NCBI GenBank assembly: GCA_038230995.1
Contig: JBBRME010000001.1
Location: 799-64,798, forward strand
Reading direction: 5' to 3'
Origin: Gemmatales bacterium
GTDB taxonomy: Bacteria; Planctomycetota; Planctomycetia; Gemmatales; Gemmataceae
Length of the DNA: 64,000 bases
In this document: positions 26,622-36,145 of the stretch, piece by piece
Layout: each line of letters begins with the position of its first letter
Position numbering within the stretch: the first letter of the stretch is position 1
Translations under genes and position numbers: made by a program
The notes under the pieces: model-generated
Databases searched by the model: none
What the model was told of the DNA's origin: nothing
Seen by the model: the letters and a program-made list of their open reading frames with translations, nothing else

Positions 26622-27680
26622 TTACCCCACCTTCTTGAGGAAGCTCACTCGGCCCGGTTCGACCCACTCGACCACGATCAGGTTGCCATCCTTGTCGAAC
26701 GCGGCGTCATGCGGGTGGACGAACTTACCCGCTTCCCACTGCTTGGCATCTTTGCGGACTTTGAAACCATCTAGCACTTTCTTGCGCCAGGCTTCGTCGT
26801 CGCCTAGATGTGTGATGAGTTTGTTGTTTTTATCGAACAGGCTGACACGGGCGTGCAGGTCGGGCACCAGCAGCACCTCGCCGCGAGTCTTCGCATGGGC
26901 GGGGAAGAGCACTACTTCGTTCGATTTCGTAGCGCTGATGGCTTTGCCATCAAGGCTAAAGGTCTGCAAGCGAGCGTTGGCCCGGTCGCACACCACCAGC
27001 ACAGGTTTATCCTTCACGCGGTCATCCACCCACTGGCCGTGTGGGGTTCTGAACTTGCCGAGTTCGACACCGGCCCCGCCGAAGGTGTTGACGAGTTTGT
27101 CGTTCTTGTCGTAGTGCATCATGAAGCCGGAGCCGTAGCCGTCGCCCACGATGTAGCCACCGTCCGGCGTGAAGCAGATGTTCGTAGGGCTGTAGTTGGC
27201 CTTGGTGTTTTCGTACTCTTTGTTCTCCGGTCGGCCTTTCTTCCAAACCACTTCGCCTTTCAGGGTCGTCTTCAACGTCTTGAGGTCTTTCGTCCACGTA
27301 TTGCTGAGGTAGCAGAATTCATCAGATCCTTCTTTGCGAATCTCGATGCCGTGGCCGCCGCCGTGGAAGTCCTTACCGAAGCTTCGGACGAACTTGCCCT
27401 TGGGGTCGAACACGAGGATCGTGTCCATCTTTTTGCCGATGCCCTGATGCGTGATGTACACGTTGCCTTCGCTATCGAAGGCGACGTTGTGGGTTGTCTG
27501 CCATTCGTAGTCTTTCGGCAGTTCACCCCAGGCGTGCGTTGTCACTTCGTACTTGTTGCCTTCGACCCCGAGGATCGGGTTCTTGGTGCCGGTCTTGTCT
27601 TCGGCCCCGAGGATGATCGGGCCGAGGGCGGCGGTGGTGGCCACGGCAGCCGTGGATTGCAGAAAGGTGCGGCGGTTCAT
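26622..27680 (-). CDS. Tat-exported six-bladed beta-propeller (NHL repeat) protein
   Basis: MNRRTFLQSTAAVATTAALG Tat signal. Repeated HG...D..GN.Y..D/..R...F blocks are typical of NHL/PAL-like propellers. Confidence 0.8.
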   Translation of the reverse strand: MNRRTFLQSTAAVATTAALGPIILGAEDKTGTKNPILGVEGNKYEVTTHAWGELPKDYEWQTTHNVAFDSEGNVYITHQGIGKKMDTILVFDPKGKFVRSFGKDFHGGGHGIEIRKEGSDEFCYLSNTWTKDLKTLKTTLKGEVVWKKGRPENKEYENTKANYSPTNICFTPDGGYIVGDGYGSGFMMHYDKNDKLVNTFGGAGVELGKFRTPHGQWVDDRVKDKPVLVVCDRANARLQTFSLDGKAISATKSNEVVLFPAHAKTRGEVLLVPDLHARVSLFDKNNKLITHLGDDEAWRKKVLDGFKVRKDAKQWEAGKFVHPHDAAFDKDGNLIVVEWVEPGRVSFLKKVG

Positions 27681-27790
27681 GTGGAACTGCTCCGGGAGAG
27701 GATTGGCGGGTCTTGTCCAAGTTACGGAATTCCGTCGACCTGTGCAGCGGCATGGCTTACGTTGAAGACGACGTCACACGGTTTGACTTG

Positions 27791-28894
27791 ATGCAGCACT
27801 CTTATCAGTTACTCGATTCGGACTCCGTACCATCCCCGGCGTTGCTCTTCTACCCGGAGATCATCCGCCAGAACATTGCCGCGGCAGTGCAGCACGTTGG
27901 CAATCCGGTTCGCCTGCGACCGCATGTCAAGACGCACAAATGCCCGCAGATCGTGGCCATGCAGTTGGCCGCCGGGGTAACCAAGCACAAGTGTGCCACG
28001 ATTGCGGAGGCGGAGATGCTCGCCATCGCCGGTGCCCTGGATGTGCTGCTGTCGTATCCGCTGGTCGGCCCGAACATCAGCCGGTTCTTTCAACTTCAAG
28101 TGAAGTATCCGCACACGCAGTTCAGTGCAGTGGTTGATCATCAGTCAATGATTGCGCCACTGGCTGCAGCCCCGAAGCCGCTGGATGTGTTCATTGACGT
28201 CAACATGGGTATGGATCGCACCGGTGCAGGCTTCGATGACCTGGAAGAGTTGAGTGCCACGATCGCCAACACGGAGCGGTTGCGGCTCGCCGGCTGGCAC
28301 TGCTACGACGGCCATATCAATCAGGAAAATCCCGAGGAACGTGAGACATCGATCCGGGCACGATTGAACCTGTTGCTCGACATACGGGCTGGTGTGGAGA
28401 AGATCGTGCCTGTGCCGGTGTTGATCTGCGGGGGAACACCTGGTTTCCCGATCTATGCACGGATTCGAGACATCCCGGGCCTGGATTGCTCCCCCGGTAC
28501 GTATGTGCTGCACGACCAAGGCTATGGCAGCAAGTATCCCGACTTCACTGGTCTCCAACCCGCAGCGTTGATGCTCACCCGGGTGATTAGTCGACCTCGT
28601 AGGAATCGCGTGACTTTCGACCTCGGCAACAAAGCCGTGGCTGCTGATCCACTTCTGGTGAAGCGTGTTCATCTGCTCGACGCCCCACCGCACACGCCGG
28701 TGGTGCACAGCGAAGAACATTACACCATCGAGACAGATGAAGCCGACCGCTACCAACCCGGTGATGTGGCCTACGCTATACCCGGGCACATCTGCCCGAC
28801 TGTGGCGTTGCATCACTGGGCACACACCGTTGTGGATGGCGTCGTCACTGGGAAATGGGAGATCACCGCACGGGAGCGCATGCTGACAGTGTGA
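27791..28894 (+). CDS. D-TA family PLP-dependent enzyme (alanine racemase N-terminal-like; D-threonine aldolase/D-serine deaminase-like)
   Basis: PSPALLFYPEIIRQNI...RLRPHVKTHKC (PLP lysine context). The C-terminal D-serine_dehydratase-like domain has HYTIE...PGHICPT. The start is uncertain (27713, 27752 or 27791). Confidence 0.8.
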   Translation: MQHSYQLLDSDSVPSPALLFYPEIIRQNIAAAVQHVGNPVRLRPHVKTHKCPQIVAMQLAAGVTKHKCATIAEAEMLAIAGALDVLLSYPLVGPNISRFFQLQVKYPHTQFSAVVDHQSMIAPLAAAPKPLDVFIDVNMGMDRTGAGFDDLEELSATIANTERLRLAGWHCYDGHINQENPEERETSIRARLNLLLDIRAGVEKIVPVPVLICGGTPGFPIYARIRDIPGLDCSPGTYVLHDQGYGSKYPDFTGLQPAALMLTRVISRPRRNRVTFDLGNKAVAADPLLVKRVHLLDAPPHTPVVHSEEHYTIETDEADRYQPGDVAYAIPGHICPTVALHHWAHTVVDGVVTGKWEITARERMLTV

Positions 28895-28933
28895 AATCTT
28901 TTTCACAGCCACATTGTGCATTCGCTGAAAAAG

Positions 28934-29067
28934 TTGAGCCTGCCCGCGTGAGCGGCAGGAGGTTTGATCCTATCACGCTGCCGACTCAAGCAGTCTCAAC
29001 ATCACGAACTGCGTGAGCAGCAGGAGTTGAAGATGTAGACTCCTGCTGCTCACGCAGGCAGGCTCAA
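28934..29067. repeat. family-B REP cluster (two inverted pairs) at a convergent junction
   Basis: TTGAGCCTGCCCGCGTGAGCGGCAGGAG ... CTGCGTGAGCAGCAGGAG-TTGAAGATGTAGA-CTCCTGCTGCTCACGCAGGCAGGCTCAA. Confidence 0.85.
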
Positions 29068-29101
29068 TGACTTCTTGATAGCGTACTGCGGCAACGAACA
29101 C

Positions 29102-30163
29102 TTACCGAAACGGCCGATACAACCGCAGGGCTTCGAGCGAGGCACGCATGTCGGCTGGGAGTGGGGCTTCGACTTCGATCATGACGTTCTTGATGGGGTG
29201 CCGAAACCGCAGCCGAAAGGCATGAAGTGCCTGCCGCTTGAGGTACACTTCTTCATCATCTGCGGTCGTACCCGGCACGATGTCGGACTTCTTGAAGTCA
29301 CTCCGTCCACCGTAGGCTTTGTCGGCCAGCACCGGGCAGCCGACGTACAGCAGGTGCAATCGAATCTGATGGGTGCGCCCCGTCTTGGGTTGCACCTTGA
29401 CCAGCGTGTAACCGCGGAAGCGCTCCATCACTTCGTAGTAACTCATGGCCGGTTTGGCGTCCGGGTCGTCGGGGTCGGTGGTGTAGCACTGTTTCTCACG
29501 CTCCGTGGGGTGCTGCTTCAGCCCCACTTCCACGTAGTCTGAATCGCGTTCGAGTTCACCGACTGCGATACTCACATACTCCTTGAACACCGTGCGTTTT
29601 TCGAACTGGCTGCTCAAAAGGTTGTGGATGCCATCGGCCTTGGCAATCAGGATGGCCCCACTGGTGTCGCGGTCGAGTCGATGCACGATGCCCAGGCGGA
29701 AGCCGCCGTTCTCTTTGCTCAGCTCACTGCCGAAGCGGAACGCCAAGGCGTTCACCATCGTGCCCATCCAATGGCCACGCGCGGGGTGGACAACCATGTT
29801 CGGCGGCTTGTTGATGACGGCAAGAACTTCGTCTTCGTACAGCACTTCGAGCGGGATGTTCTCTGGCACGATCACATCGTTGATCGGCATGGGAAGCTGA
29901 ATGAAAAGCTTGTCGTCGTTCCGGACTTTGTAGCTGGCCTTGGTGGGCTTGCCATTAACCGTGACGTTATCTGCGACGATCGCCCGCTGGAGTTCCGATC
30001 GGCTCCAGTCTTTAAAGAAGACTTGCAAGTATTGATCGAGCCGCATCCCCTCGGACTTGACGCGGACAAGCAGTTCGACTGGATCACGGTTGCGGGCATA
30101 CGCAGGCATTTGCTCGACACCGACGAGCGGTAAACCCTCGTCATCGTCGTCGGCGATGGACAT
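29102..30163 (-). CDS. rluD: RluA-family 23S rRNA pseudouridine synthase (RluD-like)
   Basis: S4 domain (MRLDQYL...SRSELQRAI), catalytic HRLDRDTSG, and the TGRTHQIRLH block. Confidence 0.9.
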   Translation of the reverse strand: MSIADDDDEGLPLVGVEQMPAYARNRDPVELLVRVKSEGMRLDQYLQVFFKDWSRSELQRAIVADNVTVNGKPTKASYKVRNDDKLFIQLPMPINDVIVPENIPLEVLYEDEVLAVINKPPNMVVHPARGHWMGTMVNALAFRFGSELSKENGGFRLGIVHRLDRDTSGAILIAKADGIHNLLSSQFEKRTVFKEYVSIAVGELERDSDYVEVGLKQHPTEREKQCYTTDPDDPDAKPAMSYYEVMERFRGYTLVKVQPKTGRTHQIRLHLLYVGCPVLADKAYGGRSDFKKSDIVPGTTADDEEVYLKRQALHAFRLRFRHPIKNVMIEVEAPLPADMRASLEALRLYRPFR

Positions 30164-30170
30164 GGAAACC

Positions 30171-31004
30171 TTATTTCATCGGGATGTCGAGCGGTGATGT
30201 CTTCGGCAAGTCATCAGCTTGATAGAAGCTGCTGTAGAGATCGATTGCCGCGGTATAAAGCTTGCTGGGATTCTTCTCGGCGGTCTCCGCTTGGGCGAGA
30301 TACTTCTTCCCGGCCGTTGAGTCCTTGCCGATGACGTCAGCCGCTTTCTTTAGAAGTGCCACGTACTTGGTCACTTTGCCCGTGCTGAAGGATTCCGGCG
30401 TGGTCATCAACTCCAGTTGCTTGGTGCGGTCATTTGGTATGCCAATCATCGCCAATTCGGCCTTCGCTGCAGAGAGCAGTCCGGCGGCCTTGATCGACGG
30501 GTCGTTTTTGAATTCTTCAACAATTGTTTCGATCTCGGTCCGAGCTTCGGTTAGTTCCGTGAGGGCTTTTGTCCGTTGCACCAGCGTGTTCGCCGACAGT
30601 TGATTGATGGCTGCGGTAGCCTTGTCGCGGGCCATGTTCAGCTTGATGATCTTGGCAGCAGTCGTGTTGGCGAGGTTTGGTTGATCCACAAAACTCTGCA
30701 TCACTTGCTGGCTACGGGCTTGCTCGAAAGTATGCCAGGTAGCGGAATCGGCAGCTTTGCTACTGCGTGCGAGGAACCACCACGCGCCGATGATGGCCGC
30801 AGCACCGATGAGGATGAGCAGCACTAAGCGGTTACCGAAGTTGCCGCTCTTGATGTTCGACCAAGTGGACTTCACCCCATGCAACAGTGCGTTGTCTTGA
30901 TCAAGGGCTTTCGTCTCAACGAGCGGGAGCGACTTCGTTGGAGGTGGCTGCACTTCGCCGGGGGCCGGAGGTGTCGGTTTCGGTTGAGCAGCATTCGCAC
31001 TCAT
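30171..31004 (-). CDS. hypothetical single-pass membrane protein with helical ectodomain
   Basis: A Pro-rich N-tail, the TM segment LVLLILIGAAAIIGAWWFLA, then an alpha-helical region. Lies 7 nt upstream of rluD. Confidence 0.6.
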   Translation of the reverse strand: MSANAAQPKPTPPAPGEVQPPPTKSLPLVETKALDQDNALLHGVKSTWSNIKSGNFGNRLVLLILIGAAAIIGAWWFLARSSKAADSATWHTFEQARSQQVMQSFVDQPNLANTTAAKIIKLNMARDKATAAINQLSANTLVQRTKALTELTEARTEIETIVEEFKNDPSIKAAGLLSAAKAELAMIGIPNDRTKQLELMTTPESFSTGKVTKYVALLKKAADVIGKDSTAGKKYLAQAETAEKNPSKLYTAAIDLYSSFYQADDLPKTSPLDIPMK

Positions 31005-31183
31005 GGCGTGGAAGTCCTGGTCGAGGCAGTCGGATCGTTCACTTCAGCAATCTTTGCCGAAGTGGAATCTTAGGTACGAAGGGAAGTGCGGTCAATGCGA
31101 CTGCGTTTGCAGGGGACACCTTTGCTTTTCGGACGGGAGTTGCGAACCTCACAACGTTACACGGTTTCTGCTACTCTTCCTGC

Positions 31184-33478
31184 ATGACACGCGATGAGTT
31201 AGCCTCCAAGTACCTCGAACAACTTCCCTATCCGCCGTACCCGGTGCAGGAAGACGCGCTGCTGGCGTGGTTCACGTCCGACCAGGGAGTGCTGGTGTGT
31301 GCGCCTACAGGCACCGGCAAAACCTTGATCGCCCAGGCGGCGTTATTTGAAGCGTTGCACACCAACACCATCGCCTATTACACCACTCCGCTGATTGCCC
31401 TGACCGAACAGAAGTTCGCCGAGATGCAGGCGGCGGCGGTGCGTTGGGGCTTCACGGCCGAAGATGTGGGATTGATCACCGGCAACCGCAAGGTGAACGC
31501 CAACGCCCGTGTGCTGGTCGTGGTGGCCGAGATTCTGATGAACCGATTGCTGCAACCGGACGGGTTGGACTTCGGCAACGTCAGTGCCGTGGTGATGGAC
31601 GAATTCCACAGCTTTGCCGACCCGGAGCGTGGCATCGTTTGGGAACTGTCGCTCAACATGCTGCCCAAGCACATTCGGTTGTTGTTGCTGAGTGCCACCG
31701 TCGGCAACGCCATGGAGTTCCTGCACTGGCTGGAACGGCAACACAACCGCAAGCTGGAATTGGCCGAAGGCCGGGAACGCAAAATCCCGCTGACGTACTT
31801 CTGGAAGCCCGACGACTTCCTGAACGACTTGCTCGTGGACATGGCCAAAGGCGACGATGCCACCCGCAAGACGCCCGCGCTGGTGTTTGCTTTCAACCGC
31901 GACGAATGCTGGAGCATCGCCGAGCAGTTGAAGGGGTTGGACCTGATGACCCCGCAGCAGAAATCCTTGTTGAATGCGGAGTGCGACAAGCTGGAGTGGA
32001 GCACCGGCGTGGGGCCGAAGCTCAAGCAGATGCTGCGTCGCGGTGTGGGTGTCCACCATGCGGGGTTGCTGCCGAAGTATCGCCGGGTGGTGGAGGAGTT
32101 GTTCGAGAAGAAACTGCTCAGCATTGCGTTGTGTACGGAGACCCTGGCTGCGGGTATCAACCTGCCCGCCCGCAGTGTGGTACTCACCAGCCTAGTGAAG
32201 GGGCCGTTCGGCAAAGAGAAAGTGATCGACCCCAGCACGGCCCATCAGATCTTCGGTCGGGCCGGTCGGCCACAGTTCGATACCGAAGGCAATGTTTTCG
32301 CCATCCCGCATGAGGACGACATCCGCTTCGCCAAGTGGAAGAAGCAGTACGACTCGATCCCTGAGACGACCAAAGACCCGGTGATGCTGAAGAAGAAGAA
32401 AGACCTGTTGAAGAAGAAGCCGACCAAGAACCCGCAGAAGAAGTACTGGACGGAGAACGACTTCGAGAAATTACAATCGGCCCCACCAGCCAGGCTGTAC
32501 AGCAAAGGCCCACTACCGTGGCGACTCCTGGCGCACTTGCTTAGTACCTCGGCAGACATTGACCTGATCCGCACGGTGGTGCGCAAGCGTTTGCTGGATC
32601 AGCCCCGCATTGAGGCCGGGTTGAAAGTGCTGAACCGGATGCTGATGACGCTGCACACGTCCGGCTTCATCACGCTGGAACCAACTCCGCCCACGGAACC
32701 AATCCCACCCGCACCGCCAACCGAAGAAGTCATCGAGTACACCCACGCCCACCCCACGCCCAAGCTGGCTACATTGCTCGCTTTCCGCGCCGTGCATCCG
32801 CTTTACGGTGCGTTCCTGGCGGAACACTTGGGCACGGCCAGCGAGGTGGAACGCCTGCAACTGTTCGAGAGTGTGCTGGAACTGCCACGGGCCATCCTCA
32901 AGTTTGTGCGCGTGCCGTGGGAGCTGGCACCAGGGCCGCTGCAAACCACGACCGTCGATCCGGAGTTGATCAACCGTGGCTTGATTGCTGCTATCGTGCC
33001 GAAGGAAGAAGGCGACGACACCGAAGATGAGTTCATCCCGTGGGACGAACGCCCACCGCTGTTTGCCGAGAAGATGAAACTGTGGTTCGAGGCGCTGTAC
33101 CAGGATGTCACCGACCTCACCATCACGCCGGTCTGGGCCGCCGCCGAGGTACTGGAGTTCAACGGCAACTTCGACAAGTACGTGACCTACAAGGATCTCA
33201 CGAAGCAGGAAGGGTTGATCTTCCGTCACCTGCTGCGGATGGTGCTGTTGCTCGACGAATTCGCGCAGATCACGCCACCGGGAATCGACGCCGGCATCTG
33301 GCAAGAAGAGTTGCGGGCTATCGCAGACAAGCTCACCGCGGCCTGTAAAAGCGTGGACGCCACCAGTACGGAGCAGGTCATCAAGCAGGCCCAGGCCATC
33401 GCCGCCCCGTTGGTGGAGAGTGTCGCCGTGGTGCTGGACGACCCCGCCGAGGCGTTTGCCGCGGGGTTGGAGGAGTGA
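31184..33478 (+). CDS. DEAD/DEAH-box (Ski2-like) helicase with DUF3516-like C-terminal domain
   Basis: Motif I APTGTGKT, motif II MDEFH, SAT, and motif VI HHAGLLP...RRGVGVHH. The realistic start is MTRDELASKYLEQLPYPPYPVQ at ATG 31184 inside ORF 30887..33478. Confidence 0.9.
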   Translation: MTRDELASKYLEQLPYPPYPVQEDALLAWFTSDQGVLVCAPTGTGKTLIAQAALFEALHTNTIAYYTTPLIALTEQKFAEMQAAAVRWGFTAEDVGLITGNRKVNANARVLVVVAEILMNRLLQPDGLDFGNVSAVVMDEFHSFADPERGIVWELSLNMLPKHIRLLLLSATVGNAMEFLHWLERQHNRKLELAEGRERKIPLTYFWKPDDFLNDLLVDMAKGDDATRKTPALVFAFNRDECWSIAEQLKGLDLMTPQQKSLLNAECDKLEWSTGVGPKLKQMLRRGVGVHHAGLLPKYRRVVEELFEKKLLSIALCTETLAAGINLPARSVVLTSLVKGPFGKEKVIDPSTAHQIFGRAGRPQFDTEGNVFAIPHEDDIRFAKWKKQYDSIPETTKDPVMLKKKKDLLKKKPTKNPQKKYWTENDFEKLQSAPPARLYSKGPLPWRLLAHLLSTSADIDLIRTVVRKRLLDQPRIEAGLKVLNRMLMTLHTSGFITLEPTPPTEPIPPAPPTEEVIEYTHAHPTPKLATLLAFRAVHPLYGAFLAEHLGTASEVERLQLFESVLELPRAILKFVRVPWELAPGPLQTTTVDPELINRGLIAAIVPKEEGDDTEDEFIPWDERPPLFAEKMKLWFEALYQDVTDLTITPVWAAAEVLEFNGNFDKYVTYKDLTKQEGLIFRHLLRMVLLLDEFAQITPPGIDAGIWQEELRAIADKLTAACKSVDATSTEQVIKQAQAIAAPLVESVAVVLDDPAEAFAAGLEE

Positions 33479-33495
33479 ATGAACCAATTCTTACA

Positions 33496-33624
33496 CCTCG
33501 CCCCGTTTACGGGGAGAGGTCGCTTGATGCGAGTAGCATCAATCGGGTGAGGGGCCTTGTTCTTGTTGAAATCCCCTCACCCGGCTTTCGGCCACCCTCT
33601 CCCCGTCAAACAGGGCGAGGGCAC
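33496..33624. repeat. family-A' (inverted) + family-A REP units upstream of the second DUF1501 gene
   Basis: CCTCGCCCCGTTTACGGGGAGAGGTCGCTTGATGCGAGTAGCATCAATCGGGTGAGGGG ... CCCCTCACCCGGCTTTCGGCCACCCTCTCCCCGTCAAACAGGGCGAGGGCAC. Confidence 0.85.
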
Positions 33625-33722
33625 ACAACCAAGAGCCAATTCGACAATTGACCAACCCCCACCCCTTGTGCTATCTTTACAGTCCCTCCCGTATTGCACG
33701 TTCACCACACGCAGGCTGACCC

Positions 33723-35057
33723 ATGCTGAACCTTGTTGGCTCATCGAACGCCGGTTACTGCGATGGTCACTCGCGTCGGTCGTTCCTGCAAGTTGGTGCG
33801 TTGGGCCTGGGTGGTTTGACATTAGCCGGGCTGATGCGGGCCGAGGCCGCCAGTGCCAAGGCCAAGCCGCACAAATCGGTCATCATGATTTATCTGTCGG
33901 GTGGCATGAGCCATCAGGACACCTTTGACATGAAACCGAACGCACCGGCCGAAGCCCGTGGCGAGTATCGACCCATCAATACGGTGGTGCCGGGCATCCA
34001 GATTTCCGAGAAGCTGCCGCTCTTAGCCAAGGCGATGGACAAGCTGATTGTGCTGCGAACCATCGTTGGCCAACCGGATGAACACAGCAGTTGGATGAGC
34101 TACACCGGCACACCGATGGAAACAGCGAAGCGCGACAAACGCCCGCACTTCGGCAGCGTCGTCGCCAAGATGCAGGGGCAGACGCACCCTGTCATGCCTG
34201 CGTTCGTCGACCTCAGCCCGACAATGCAACACAAGCCGTACAACTCGGCAGGGCCAGCAATGCTGGGCCGAGGTGCCGCAGCAGTGAAAGTAGACGGCGA
34301 CGAAGTGGCGGTCATGAAGAACCTGTCCGTGCCGATGAGCCAACTCAACAGCCGGCAATCGCTGCTGGGCGACATCGACCGCATCAAGAAGATCTCGGAC
34401 ACACAAGGTAGCCTGGGTGTGGATACTTTCCACGACCGGGCCTTTGAAGTGCTGACCAGTAGCAAACTGGTGGATGCCCTCGAACTTTCCAACGAACCGC
34501 AACGCCTGCGCGACCGATACGGCAAAGGCAGCCCCAAGCACCTAGGCGACGGCGCCCCATTGTGGAACGAACAACTGCTGATGGCCCGGCGCTTGGTGGA
34601 AGCGGGTGCCCGCGTGGTGACCCTTGGCTACGGCTTCTGGGATACCCACGGAGCGCACTTCAAGCACATGAACACCCACCTGCCGACCTTCGATCAAGGG
34701 ATCTCGGCACTCGTGGAAGACCTCGCTGATCGCGGCCTGAGCGACGACGTGACCGTGGTGGTGTGGGGTGAATTTGGCCGCACACCGAAGATCAACAAGG
34801 ACGGCGGGCGTGACCACTGGTCGCGTGTGAACTTCGGCCTGCTGGCGGGCGGCGGCATGAGAACCGGCCAGGTGATTGGCACCACCGACAGCATCGCCGG
34901 GGAAGCGAAGAACGACCCGATCCCATACCCGAGCGTGCTGGCCACGGTGTACAAGAACCTCGGCCTCGATCCGCACGAAATGGTGTACGACGTGACCGGT
35001 CGGCCTAACCCGATTCTGCCAAGCAGCGTGACGACCATCGATAAAGTTTGGTCATGA
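33723..35057 (+). CDS. DUF1501 domain protein (sulfatase-like), Tat signal
   Basis: SRRSFLQVGALGLGG. LSGGMSHQDTFDMKP, WGEFGRTP and GGRDHW. A paralog of 6985..8307. Confidence 0.9.
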   Translation: MLNLVGSSNAGYCDGHSRRSFLQVGALGLGGLTLAGLMRAEAASAKAKPHKSVIMIYLSGGMSHQDTFDMKPNAPAEARGEYRPINTVVPGIQISEKLPLLAKAMDKLIVLRTIVGQPDEHSSWMSYTGTPMETAKRDKRPHFGSVVAKMQGQTHPVMPAFVDLSPTMQHKPYNSAGPAMLGRGAAAVKVDGDEVAVMKNLSVPMSQLNSRQSLLGDIDRIKKISDTQGSLGVDTFHDRAFEVLTSSKLVDALELSNEPQRLRDRYGKGSPKHLGDGAPLWNEQLLMARRLVEAGARVVTLGYGFWDTHGAHFKHMNTHLPTFDQGISALVEDLADRGLSDDVTVVVWGEFGRTPKINKDGGRDHWSRVNFGLLAGGGMRTGQVIGTTDSIAGEAKNDPIPYPSVLATVYKNLGLDPHEMVYDVTGRPNPILPSSVTTIDKVWS

Positions 35058-35097
35058 GGCCATACGATAGCGTCATCCCTATGAGTGGTGACTTTCG

Positions 35098-36117
35098 ATG
35101 AGCCGAACTCCTTGCGTGTTGATGACCGGTGCCGGTGGCGAAATGGGCCACGGGCTGATTGAGCGGATGCACCGCGCCGGGCAGACGAACATCATCACGC
35201 TCGATGTCAACCCGTTGTCACCGGAGCTGGCCAAGCTCGTTCGCAAAGAGTTCCCCGGTAGTATCCTCGACAAGCAACTTCTGGATCGCATCCACTCCGA
35301 ATACGAAGTGGACACGGTGTTCCACCTCGCAGCTTTGCTAAGCACCCGCAGCGAGTTCAGCCCGGCATTGGCCCATTCCGTGAACGTGGAAGGCACGCTG
35401 AATCTGCTGGAGTTCGCCCAGAAGGAAGGTGAAAGCCACGGCCGCCGGGTGACCTTCTTCTACCCCAGTAGCATCGCGGCTTATGGTTTGCCTGATGCCA
35501 AAACGAAGGCCGCAGCCAACCGCGTGCCGGAAGATTTGTTCAACATCCCCACCACCATGTACGGGGTGAACAAGCTGTACTGCGAACACCTCGGCCGGTA
35601 CTATGACCGCAACTACAAGCAACTCTCCGCTGATCCGCAGGCCGGGAAGATCGACTTCCGCTGCATCCGCTTCCCCGGTTTGATTTCCGCCGACACCGTG
35701 CCCAGCGGTGGTACGTCGGACTATGCCCCGGAGATGCTGCACGCCGCAGCCAGTGCCAAGCCTTATGCCTGCTTTGTAGAGCCGGAGGCCCGCATCCCGT
35801 TCATGGCCATGCCCGACGCGGTGGATGCCATTCTCAAGCTGGTGGCCGCACCCAAGGCATCGCTCAGCCGGGTGGTTTACAACATCAGTGCTTTTGCCCC
35901 GCGTGCTGATGAGATCGAAGCCATCGTCCGCCGGGCGTTCCCCAAAGCCGAGATGACCTATCAGCTTGATGCCAAGCGTGCTGCCATTGTTCGCAGTTGG
36001 CCCGCCGAAGTGGACGACACCGCTGCACGAGCCGATTGGGGCCTGAACCCGAAGTTTGATCTCGACACCGCCTTCGCGGAGTATCTCATTCCTGCCATCA
36101 CCAAGCGGTATCGCTGA
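35098..36117 (+). CDS. NAD-dependent epimerase/dehydratase family protein (L-threonine 3-dehydrogenase-like SDR)
   Basis: Rossmann motif TGAGGEMG, and the catalytic YGVNK (YxxxK). Confidence 0.85.
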   Translation: MSRTPCVLMTGAGGEMGHGLIERMHRAGQTNIITLDVNPLSPELAKLVRKEFPGSILDKQLLDRIHSEYEVDTVFHLAALLSTRSEFSPALAHSVNVEGTLNLLEFAQKEGESHGRRVTFFYPSSIAAYGLPDAKTKAAANRVPEDLFNIPTTMYGVNKLYCEHLGRYYDRNYKQLSADPQAGKIDFRCIRFPGLISADTVPSGGTSDYAPEMLHAAASAKPYACFVEPEARIPFMAMPDAVDAILKLVAAPKASLSRVVYNISAFAPRADEIEAIVRRAFPKAEMTYQLDAKRAAIVRSWPAEVDDTAARADWGLNPKFDLDTAFAEYLIPAITKRYR

Positions 36118-36145
36118 AACTCAGATCGTGCCAGCCGGGTAGAAA

